Shown here in pieces: positions 7,557 through 14,919 of a stretch of 24,000 nucleotides of DNA. The position numbers were made by a program, and so were the translations under genes. Source of the stretch: Bdellovibrionales bacterium (GTDB lineage: Bacteria > Bdellovibrionota > Bdellovibrionia > Bdellovibrionales > JAMPXM01); NCBI GenBank assembly GCA_034002335.1, contig JAVFAU010000002.1, positions 77 to 24,076 on the forward strand, in the 5' to 3' direction. The first letter of the stretch is position 1. Each line of letters starts with the position of its first letter. The notes below the pieces were generated by a model that saw nothing but the letters and a program-made list of their open reading frames with translations, searched no databases and had not been told where the DNA came from.

Positions 7557-8465
7557 ATGTTCGATTTGAAAAGTGGTTCAGCAGGAAAAGTGGATTATTA
7601 CGAGGTCCTTGAGGTCGCACAAGATGCCCCTCAACACGAGATCCATAAGGCTTATCGACGCGCGAAAGCCACATACTCTCAAGACAACCCGGCTCTGTAT
7701 TCAATGTTCACGCGCGAAGAAGCGCGTGATCTCTTGCGGTTGATCGAAGAAGCCTACGCTGTTCTTGGCAACCATGGGTTGCGACGTAACTACGACGACG
7801 AGCTTCGCAAGAACCCAAGACCGGCACCCGGTCTTGGTATCGCCTCCAACATGGCCAGTAACGCGAGCAAATTGCCGGATTCTCTGGCTCACGATTCTCT
7901 TCCTGACTTCGTTGTTCCCGATCCCTCTATTCCCGGATCGGAAAACATCGCTCACGCAAAACCGACGCCCGTACAAACCACGCCTCCTCCTGCTGCGGCT
8001 TCGGCAAACCCCGTCAGCGCCCCGATCCCGATGGATCCAATTCACACGGCCACAACCGGTGTGAAGGAATCGATCCTTATTACCAACGCGGAGTTCACCG
8101 TACGCAAGCGCGATACCCTGCCACTCATGCCGCCCGATACAGGACGCTGTCCGCTTGGCACTTACAAGATCGACCCCGCAATCGAAAAAGAGATTGAAGA
8201 CGCGACTGAGTTCGACGGCCCTTTCTTGCAGAGAATCCGCACCTACAAGCAGGTCTCTCTCGAAAAACTCAGCGTCGCATCCCGTATCGGAAAGACGTAT
8301 CTCATCGCGCTTGAATCGAATGACTTCAAAAACCTACCGGCCACCGTGTTTCTGCGCGGATTCCTGGTTCAGGTCGCAAAGCAGCTCGGGATCGACGAGA
8401 GCAAAGTCGTCACTTCCTACATGAACCTCGCCAAAGCCGCGAAACCAGACAAGTACGGTCCGTAA
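7557..8465 (+). CDS. J-like domain (HPD replaced by SQD), Pro-rich linker and C-terminal RodZ-type HTH in one protein
   Basis: This is the frame of ORF 7431..8465. I place the start at ATG 7557, 2 nt after the ATPase stop TAG 7552-7554. The N-terminus DYYEVLEVAQDAPQHEIHKAYRRAKATYSQDNPA...IEEAYAVLGNHGLRRNYD aligns with the DnaJ J-domain consensus, but the HPD tripeptide is SQD (7677-7685). The middle is Pro/Ala-rich (KPTPVQTTPPPAAASANPVSAPIP). The C-terminus FLQRIRTYKQVSLEKLSVASRIGKTYLIALESNDFKNLPATVFLRGFLVQVAKQLGID matches the cytoplasmic HTH of RodZ (XRE/HTH_25 type). No TM segment is present. The product is 302 aa. Confidence 0.8.
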   Translation: MFDLKSGSAGKVDYYEVLEVAQDAPQHEIHKAYRRAKATYSQDNPALYSMFTREEARDLLRLIEEAYAVLGNHGLRRNYDDELRKNPRPAPGLGIASNMASNASKLPDSLAHDSLPDFVVPDPSIPGSENIAHAKPTPVQTTPPPAAASANPVSAPIPMDPIHTATTGVKESILITNAEFTVRKRDTLPLMPPDTGRCPLGTYKIDPAIEKEIEDATEFDGPFLQRIRTYKQVSLEKLSVASRIGKTYLIALESNDFKNLPATVFLRGFLVQVAKQLGIDESKVVTSYMNLAKAAKPDKYGP

Positions 8466-8476
8466 GTGGTGTCGCC

Positions 8477-9568
8477 GTGAACGACAAGCTTCCACCGCCA
8501 CTTCCGGGCGAGGAGTTTCGCGAACACAAGTTCATCGTCGAAGCCTCACAAGCGGGAAACCGTATTGATCGCATGCTGGCCGCCATTCCCGAGATCGGCA
8601 CGCGTTCGCAGGCTTCGCGCCTCTTAAGTCGCGGACTCGTGTTTGTAGATGGACAGCCCGTGAAACCATCTCTCGTGACGAAAGCCGGCGACGAGATCTG
8701 CGTGTATGTTCCGTTCATTCCGAAACTCACGCTCGTCCCCTACGAGCTTCCGCTCGATATCGCGTATGAAGACGACGATCTGATCGTCGTCGACAAACCG
8801 GCCGGACTTGTCGTTCACCCTGCCTACGGCCACGCCCAAGACACCTTGGTCAATGCGCTTTTGCATCACACAAAAGATCTCTCGCAAGGTTTTGATGAAA
8901 TGCGACCGGGCCTCGTTCACAGACTCGACAAAGACACGAGCGGCCTCATCGTGATCGCCAAAAACGAGAAAGCGCAGCGCGAGCTCGCACTTCAGTTTCA
9001 GCGCAAAATCTCACACCGTATCTATCGCGCCGTCGTATTTGGGAACCTTAAACCCGACGCCGGAACCATAACCTCGTACCTCAAACGACATCCCGACGAC
9101 AGACGGCGTTCGGCGTCCGTCGAAGCGGGCGTCGAAAACGCGAAACTCGCCATCACTCACTATCGCACGCTCGCGACTCATCCCACGGGGCTTTCGCTTG
9201 TTGAGCTGAAACTTGAAACTGGGCGAACGCACCAGATTCGTGTGCACATGAAGGAAGCCGGACACCCCATCGTCGGCGACCTCACCTATGGCGCCGACGG
9301 CCGCGCCAAGAGCCTTAAGTCGGTTCAGCTTCGCAAGCAAATCGGAGAAATGTCGCGCTTTGCCCTTCACGCGTTCGAGCTCGGATTTTACCACCCAAAC
9401 AAGGGCGGCTTCATTAAACTCAAGTCGAAATGGCCCGAGGATCTCTTGCCACTGATCCAACATTGCGATTTCCCTATGTTCGAAAACTCCTCCGGAGTCG
9501 AAAAATTCTCCCAACGACCAGACGACGATTATCCTTGGCCGAAGGTTCGGACTCACGATGATGTTTAA
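8477..9568 (+). CDS. rluD: 23S rRNA pseudouridine synthase, RluA/RluD family, with N-terminal S4 domain
   Basis: GTG 8477 is the only start that retains the S4-like N-terminus (NRIDRMLAAIPEIGTRSQASRLLSRGLVFVDGQPVKPS). The catalytic motif HRLDKDTSGLIVIAKN and the TGRTHQIRVHM motif are present. pgeF lies downstream, as in the E. coli rluD-yfiH pair. The product is 363 aa with a C-terminal tail of about 45 aa beyond the catalytic domain. Confidence 0.88.
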   Translation: MNDKLPPPLPGEEFREHKFIVEASQAGNRIDRMLAAIPEIGTRSQASRLLSRGLVFVDGQPVKPSLVTKAGDEICVYVPFIPKLTLVPYELPLDIAYEDDDLIVVDKPAGLVVHPAYGHAQDTLVNALLHHTKDLSQGFDEMRPGLVHRLDKDTSGLIVIAKNEKAQRELALQFQRKISHRIYRAVVFGNLKPDAGTITSYLKRHPDDRRRSASVEAGVENAKLAITHYRTLATHPTGLSLVELKLETGRTHQIRVHMKEAGHPIVGDLTYGADGRAKSLKSVQLRKQIGEMSRFALHAFELGFYHPNKGGFIKLKSKWPEDLLPLIQHCDFPMFENSSGVEKFSQRPDDDYPWPKVRTHDDV

Positions 9569-10307
9569 ACTCACGGACGCCGGCTACGCTTTTAATCAAG
9601 AGCCGCTTGCGGGCGGTACCGAACTCACAAGAGGGTTCGGCAATCGCGCTTTAAGCCTCGCTCAACTTCAAAGCCTTACGCCTTCCATCCGTTGGACGGA
9701 GCTCAAACAAACCCATTCCGATATCGTCATCCAGCAGCCTTCAAATAACATCGACGCCGAATCCGGCTTCGTCATTGGAGACGCTCACTTCACATTCGAG
9801 CGTGGTCACGGACTCGTCATCAAAACCGCCGACTGTATTCCCCTCTTGATTTCAGGTACCGCTCACGGTCGAGCGGTCATAGGCGCCGTCCATGCCGGTT
9901 GGCGCGGAGTCGTTTCGAATATCTCGGGAAAAACGATTCACGCTCTTCAAGCGGCGTTCCCCGAGATTTCACCGTCCCACATGGACCTCACGGTTTGGAT
10001 CGGACCGCACATTCGACAAAAGAACTTCGAAGTCGGCTCGGATGTCGCCCCCATTCTGCGAACATGCGCCGCTCAGGCGTACGACGGAAAATTCCCAGAG
10101 GAACTTGAAACCTTGTGCACGGATGGCTCGGGAAAAAGCCTGTTTGATCTTGAAAAGATCGTGCGTCGGCAGCTCATTCAAGCCGGAATTCAAGAAAGCT
10201 CCATTCACACGCTCGACATCGACACCAAGGCCGACCACGCTTGGGCCTCTTACCGAAGAGACGGCGCCAACGCGGGAAGAAACCTAAGCTTTATCGGTCT
10301 CAGCTAG
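9558..10307 (+). CDS. pgeF: Peptidoglycan editing factor PgeF (YfiH/DUF152, laccase-domain protein)
   Basis: ATG 9558 overlaps the rluD 3' end by 11 nt. The motifs QTHSDIV, GDAHFT, IKTADCIPLL and GAVHAGWRGV are characteristic of YfiH/PgeF. The product is 249 aa. Confidence 0.88.
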   Translation: MMFKLTDAGYAFNQEPLAGGTELTRGFGNRALSLAQLQSLTPSIRWTELKQTHSDIVIQQPSNNIDAESGFVIGDAHFTFERGHGLVIKTADCIPLLISGTAHGRAVIGAVHAGWRGVVSNISGKTIHALQAAFPEISPSHMDLTVWIGPHIRQKNFEVGSDVAPILRTCAAQAYDGKFPEELETLCTDGSGKSLFDLEKIVRRQLIQAGIQESSIHTLDIDTKADHAWASYRRDGANAGRNLSFIGLS

Positions 10308-10957
10308 AGATTTGTAAATCGACCTTCAATTTGGCGAGCAGCCTTTGGAGGTTCATGGTCAGGCCAGCCCATGACAACAGCGCAAAGCAGCTCGAGTTCC
10401 CCGGCTTTGTACTCAGGTAGCTGATCCACTCCGAGAAACCGATCGATCTCCTCTTTGATTTCGAGCGGCGCTCCCATGGTGCAACACCCAAGCCCCTCGG
10501 CCACGCATGCGAGATTCAGGTTCTCCACGGCCATGTACACACTTCCTATCGAAGTGTGATAGCGCTCCTCCGCATCGTTATGCGAGTAACAGAGAACAAC
10601 AACCGGCGCATCGCCAAGGGTGAAAAAGAATCTTTCGGTGAAGGCGTATAGCGAAGGCTTGAGCCTCTTCTCGAGAACGTCCTTGATGCCAAGCCAACTC
10701 TTTTGCGCGAGCGTGACGTACTCGTCTCGTTTTTGTCCGCGCAAAATAAAGAATCGCCAATTCTGACGATTCTTACCCGACGGAGCTTCGATCGCTGCTT
10801 CGAGCACGCGCGATAAAACCTCTTCTGGAATCGGTACGTCTTTTTTAAATTTTCGAATCGAACGACGGGCTTTCAGCAAACGATAGAACTCGTCGCGGAA
10901 CTCACTCGAAAACTCATTCAAATTCGATTTCGAAACTGGAGCCGCTCTCTCTGTCAT
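10304..10957 (-). CDS. Nitroreductase-family oxidoreductase
   Basis: This is the frame of ORF 10304..11011. I prefer ATG 10957, which is preceded on the - strand by AAGGAAGG (SD). The sequence RRSIRKFKKDVPIPEEVLSRVLEAAIEAPSGKNRQNWRF is the classic nitroreductase N-terminal FMN-binding motif. The product is 217 aa. Confidence 0.85.
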   Translation of the reverse strand: MTERAAPVSKSNLNEFSSEFRDEFYRLLKARRSIRKFKKDVPIPEEVLSRVLEAAIEAPSGKNRQNWRFFILRGQKRDEYVTLAQKSWLGIKDVLEKRLKPSLYAFTERFFFTLGDAPVVVLCYSHNDAEERYHTSIGSVYMAVENLNLACVAEGLGCCTMGAPLEIKEEIDRFLGVDQLPEYKAGELELLCAVVMGWPDHEPPKAARQIEGRFTNL

Positions 10958-11168
10958 CGCGCCTTCCTTACGATGTCGAACTGCTCGACACCCGCTGATA
11001 TTCACACACAAGGCCGCTTTACGCTTTTTTACCGTGGTTTCAGTATCTTACGCCCCGATCTAGTTTCGAGTCACCACCCTGCGCACAGGCGTCCAAAGTT
11101 TAGACACTCTTTAAAACCATAAAGCATTGAAAACACTGACATTTATGACACACGAGCACCGCCCCAAC

Positions 11169-11185
11169 GTGCCGGTTTTCGGCAC
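11169..11185. promoter_or_regulatory. Inverted repeat GTGCCG-N5-CGGCAC in the 5' region of the FG-GAP-like gene
   Basis: A perfect 6-bp arm pairs 11169-11174 with 11180-11185 around a GTTTT loop. It lies about 57 nt upstream of ATG 11242, inside the 284-nt divergent intergenic region. It could be an operator or a 5'-UTR hairpin, and its function is unknown. Confidence 0.25.
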
Positions 11186-11241
11186 CGATCTTGAACCTCT
11201 CTTGTCAGTGAACACCTGCACCGCTCAAAGGGGGTTTGACG

Positions 11242-11853
11242 ATGCAACCGATGAATCAGCAAGAACAACCAGGGCTAGAACAATCACCGGGTCCGTCCGC
11301 GACGGAAACTCGAAGCGAGTTCGCAAACGATCTTCGTCTTTCGAAGTTTTTTAAAGTCTCGCAGGCGGTTTTGTCGTTTGCCGCCTTAGCCGCGTTCGTG
11401 GCCGTCATTCATCCCGACATCCGTTCTGGAGTCCGCAATACATTGCGCGCGGATTATCGCACCGTCGTTTCGACCGCTCGGGGCGACCTAAATGGTACCG
11501 GCTCCCTTTTCACCGTCGCCAAAGTGAAAACACGCGACAATATTTACCTGGAAATTTTCGAAACCGTCGTTTCCGCATCCGAATCAAATACCGGAGAGGC
11601 CCTCGGAGATAACGGCGGTTCGGTTGAATCGACACTTCGCCTTGTCGAACGCATTGAACTTGCCGACACACGCGATGCTTTTTTCAACTTCAACGGCGCC
11701 AATGGCCAAGCAACCAACCTCGCCATCGACGATATCGACGGCGACGGACGCATGGAGATCCTCGCGCCAACGTTTGATCGCAACCTCGTTGGACGCCTGC
11801 ACGTGTTTCAATACGACGATGCCACACGAGGCTTCAGCAAGGTCATTCGCTAA
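11242..11853 (+). CDS. Small membrane-anchored protein with an FG-GAP/VCBS-like DxDxDG loop
   Basis: ATG 11242 lies 8 nt after AAAGGGGG. The ORF track starts at TTG 11236. There is one TM segment (AVLSFAALAAFVAVI). GDLNGTG and DDIDGDGRMEILAP resemble integrin-type FG-GAP calcium loops. The product is 203 aa. Confidence 0.65.
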   Translation: MQPMNQQEQPGLEQSPGPSATETRSEFANDLRLSKFFKVSQAVLSFAALAAFVAVIHPDIRSGVRNTLRADYRTVVSTARGDLNGTGSLFTVAKVKTRDNIYLEIFETVVSASESNTGEALGDNGGSVESTLRLVERIELADTRDAFFNFNGANGQATNLAIDDIDGDGRMEILAPTFDRNLVGRLHVFQYDDATRGFSKVIR

Positions 11854-11877
11854 GGCGATGACCTTTGGTCACAGGAC

Positions 11878-13707
11878 TTAGTCACAAGTCAGTGTCTCGA
11901 TCTTCTTCGCCATGGCCACTAAAGGTAAGATGCCCTGGTCTAGAATCGCATCGTGAAAACAGCGCTCCGCGAACGATCCGCCAAGGCGCTTTATCGCACC
12001 AGCGCGCATCTCATGAAACTTGAGATAGCCGTAATAGTAGCTCGGTGCCTGTCCAGGTATGCGGTACATGTATCGTTCGAGTTCAAGATCCGCCCACTCA
12101 GGCGACATCCCTACTTGTTCCGTAATCACTCGCTTCGCCGCTTGCGGCTTTATGAGCCCCAGATGAAGCTCTGGATCAAGAAACATGCGCACGTTTCGCA
12201 TGAGGCGCATCATCATGAGCGCCATTTTTTCGTCCAAAGAAAGCGACTCTTCCATCAGCCACTCCGCATAGAGCGCCCACCCTTCGACGTTCACGCTATT
12301 GAAAGAATAGTTCGCACGAATCGTCGAAACCCCGCGATCCAAAACCGAGCTGAACTGCAAATCGTGACCAGGCCGCCCCTCGTGCGCCGTCAAACTCTTC
12401 GCGGCGGCCGCGAACGCGAAATCATCAAACGCAAGTTTCTCGCGAGAACCAACCGGCACGACAAACTCAGGACGCTCTCCCGTGTTGCCAACAAACGAAG
12501 GTGTCGTGAGATGCGGCACCGGCTGCACACGGCTTTCCGCTTCCGATGCGAGGCGAATACGAAGAGGCGTTGTCGGAAGCGTTACCAGATCACGACGACG
12601 AATCTCGGCGGACAGCTCGGCGTCGGCGCGAACGTAGCGTTCACGAACTTTTTCCGGATCGGTCTCGACACTCTTTTTTAGATGTCCGACCACGTTTTTA
12701 ATTTTCGAATCCTTTAAACCATCGCGCTGAGCGATTTGACGAGCAAGCTCCTGGTATTGGCGCATGTTCTTTGAGAACTCTTGACGAGCTAAATCACGGA
12801 CCGATTTCGGCGTCGCGATATGGCCGAACTGACGCAATCGATCGGCGTAAATTTCGAGAGGAAGCCTGAAGTCCGTTCGCGCAGAAGGCAGAAGCGATGT
12901 ACGAAGCCAGTTATCGTACGTACGGACTTGAATGCGAAACGCCTCAAAATCGTTTCGCCAATCATCACGCCCCGTCTCCTTCAGCATATTTTCGATACCG
13001 ACAAGAACCTGTTCCGAGTTCTTCAAGTAGCGCTCGATTTCGGCCTTCAGAGGATAAAACACACGACCGCGCGATGGGCCATTTTTTGATGTGTAGCGTT
13101 TGATTTTTCTCTCAGTTTCCGCGCGAGCCGCCTCGGTGTACGGCCGAGCGCGCTTTTCATTTTCCTCAAACCCACGAACATACCGATGAAACCGCTCGAT
13201 CGCCGCGTCTTTTCGATCTTTCGATGTCTGTTCGTTTATGAGACCGCGCAGAGAGTAGAACACGGACTCCGCCACCTTCGTGAACGAAACAGATCCGTTG
13301 CGCTCGTGAAGATCGAAGGAAGCCGCACTTCGCTCGACGTTCTCCAAAAGAATTTCGTAATCAAGGCGCACCTCGGGGTCTTTCTGTTCAGCGACAAGAG
13401 CTTTGAGCCGAGTGCTCCAATCTTGAAAGAACATCTTAAGACGCGAATCCAGCTCCTCGTCGTTTCTTGTCGCAAGACGATCGAACTGACGATAACCGAT
13501 GTAAGACCCGTGTTCGGGACGAATCGCGGCAAGGCTTAGAGAAAACTCTTCCGCTATGACGTTGCTCGTCTCGATCCAAGGGGCCAGTTTTCGCGAGGCA
13601 CCCTTCTTCGCGGACGAGCCGCAGCCTGTTGCGGCCACAAAGACCAGAGTCGCTCCAATGAATAGCACCAGCGACCGAAAGCCGCTGGTCAGATACGGAC
13701 GCATCAT
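11878..13707 (-). CDS. DUF885-family lipoprotein
   Basis: This is the frame of ORF 11878..13722 (TTG). I prefer ATG 13707, which is preceded by GGGAAA. The signal peptide plus lipobox reads MMRPYLTSGFRSLVLFIGATLVFVAATGC. The motif AHEGRPGHDLQ matches the HE..PGHH.Q signature I associate with DUF885. The product is about 609 aa, the typical size. Confidence 0.75.
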   Translation of the reverse strand: MMRPYLTSGFRSLVLFIGATLVFVAATGCGSSAKKGASRKLAPWIETSNVIAEEFSLSLAAIRPEHGSYIGYRQFDRLATRNDEELDSRLKMFFQDWSTRLKALVAEQKDPEVRLDYEILLENVERSAASFDLHERNGSVSFTKVAESVFYSLRGLINEQTSKDRKDAAIERFHRYVRGFEENEKRARPYTEAARAETERKIKRYTSKNGPSRGRVFYPLKAEIERYLKNSEQVLVGIENMLKETGRDDWRNDFEAFRIQVRTYDNWLRTSLLPSARTDFRLPLEIYADRLRQFGHIATPKSVRDLARQEFSKNMRQYQELARQIAQRDGLKDSKIKNVVGHLKKSVETDPEKVRERYVRADAELSAEIRRRDLVTLPTTPLRIRLASEAESRVQPVPHLTTPSFVGNTGERPEFVVPVGSREKLAFDDFAFAAAAKSLTAHEGRPGHDLQFSSVLDRGVSTIRANYSFNSVNVEGWALYAEWLMEESLSLDEKMALMMMRLMRNVRMFLDPELHLGLIKPQAAKRVITEQVGMSPEWADLELERYMYRIPGQAPSYYYGYLKFHEMRAGAIKRLGGSFAERCFHDAILDQGILPLVAMAKKIETLTCD

Positions 13708-13740
13708 CGCGATATTTCCCAATTCGTTTTGAATATCTAT

Positions 13741-13779
13741 CTACTGTGCTACTGCACTACTGCACTACTGCCTACTGCG
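13741..13779. repeat. Tandem 8-bp repeat CTACTG(C/T)(A/G), about 5 copies
   Basis: The units are 13741-48 CTACTGTG, 13749-56 CTACTGCA, 13757-64 CTACTGCA, 13765-71 CTACTGC (7 nt) and 13772-79 CTACTGCG. The last unit is the mltG ...CAG-TAG terminus read on the - strand. The other copies fill the mltG to DUF885 spacer. Confidence 0.9.
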
Positions 13780-14842
13780 CGCGACGCTTGTTCAGATCGC
13801 GCCAGGATTTTCCCTCACGAGCCTTGCGATTCAGCTGGTATTCGTCAACCGCCGAGCGATGCTTCTGGTAGGTTTCAGAAAAGATATGAGTCCCGTCATT
13901 CCGTGAAACAAAAAATAGAAACGGCGACTCTTCGGGACGAGCCGCAGCTTGAAGCGCATGAAATCCAGGGTTCGCAATCGGTCCCGGCGGAAGCGATGGA
14001 ATCACATACGTATTATAAGGCGTAGGTGTCGTCAGATCCTTACGAGAAATGTTCCCGTTCCAAACACCGTCTCGAACCCAAACACCGTAAATCACCGTCG
14101 GATCAGTTTGCAGGCGCATGCGTTTTTTCATGCGGTTGTGAAAAACCGAACTGATCAACGGGCGCTCTTCGGGGGCTCCCGTTTCTTTCTCGACGATGCT
14201 CGCAAGCGTCACAAGCTGATGCCGAGTGAGAGGGACAGCTATCGGGCTTCCGTACTGGACACGCGCGAGCTGCTCTTTGAACTTCGCCACCATTTGACGA
14301 ATCAACCCACGCACGCCCAACGAACGCGTCACATGATACGTTTCAGGAAAAAGATAACCCTCAAGATTCGCGACATCCGGGCTCCAGAGATCACCGAGGG
14401 TCGCGCGAACAAATTCAACGTCTGCCGTGAGTCGCATGAACTCATCGGCTTTGCCGATTCCAGCCTTCTCGACAATCGCGGCGATTTCGAATCTGTTCAA
14501 ACCTTCCGACACCGTTACGACATACTCGATACTGCGACCCGAAACGAGAGTGCGCAGTATCTCAGAAGGCGTCATGTTTCGGCGAAGTGCGTACTCACCG
14601 ACTCGCAAATTCGCGGCCTGCCCTTTGATACGACTGTAGATACGGAACTTGTCAGCATCCGTGATCAAGCCATCCGCAGCGAGACGGCCCGCGACTTCAC
14701 GCGAACTCTGTCCTCGCTCGAGATTGAAGACGACGACTTCCGACGACGTCCCCGCCGGAGTCCGCAAAAAGCGAAACGCCTGCCATAACACGACAGCCCC
14801 AGCCATCGCGACGATAAGGACAAGAAATGCGAGAACCTTCAT
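13772..14842 (-). CDS. mltG: Endolytic murein transglycosylase MltG (YceG family)
   Basis: The motifs LEGYLFPETY, TLASIVEKETG and PYNTYVIPSLPPGPIANPG are present. The N-terminal membrane anchor is MKVLAFLVLIVAMAGAVVLW. I chose ATG 14842. An in-frame TTG at 14875 (ORF track) would add 11 Ser/Gly-rich residues. Confidence 0.9.
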   Translation of the reverse strand: MKVLAFLVLIVAMAGAVVLWQAFRFLRTPAGTSSEVVVFNLERGQSSREVAGRLAADGLITDADKFRIYSRIKGQAANLRVGEYALRRNMTPSEILRTLVSGRSIEYVVTVSEGLNRFEIAAIVEKAGIGKADEFMRLTADVEFVRATLGDLWSPDVANLEGYLFPETYHVTRSLGVRGLIRQMVAKFKEQLARVQYGSPIAVPLTRHQLVTLASIVEKETGAPEERPLISSVFHNRMKKRMRLQTDPTVIYGVWVRDGVWNGNISRKDLTTPTPYNTYVIPSLPPGPIANPGFHALQAAARPEESPFLFFVSRNDGTHIFSETYQKHRSAVDEYQLNRKAREGKSWRDLNKRRAQ

Positions 14843-14919
14843 GACCCCTGACGAACCGGAATTCGAAGAACTCAAATCGTAACCCTCGTTAAGTGTGGAC
14901 TCATCTCTATGCTAGCGGC

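Noticed and set aside
11127-11354. 75-aa ORF (TTG start) in the long intergenic region, overlapping the FG-GAP-like gene
   Set aside because: It uses a weak TTG start without an SD. It overlaps the better-supported ORF, which has AAAGGGGG before ATG 11242. Its C-terminal half is Arg/Ser-rich.
11859-11871. TGACC-TTT-GGTCA hairpin between the convergent FG-GAP-like and DUF885 genes, considered as a bidirectional terminator
   Set aside because: It has only a 5-bp stem, a 3-nt loop and no flanking U/A tracts. That is too weak to call.
11953-12681. 242-aa + strand ORF inside the DUF885 gene
   Set aside because: It is antisense to a gene with a signal peptide, a lipobox and a family motif. Its translation is dominated by Arg/His/Lys runs. 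I call it a shadow ORF.
13741-13779. Tandem repeat considered as a CRISPR array or a phase-variation tract within a gene
   Set aside because: The units are 7-8 bp with no spacers, so it is not a CRISPR array. Only the last unit overlaps coding sequence, as the stop codon, so copy-number change would not shift any reading frame.
13949-14788. 279-aa + strand ORF inside mltG
   Set aside because: It is antisense to mltG, which has LEGYLFPETY and other motifs. It is Arg-rich, low in complexity, and has no start context. I call it a shadow ORF.
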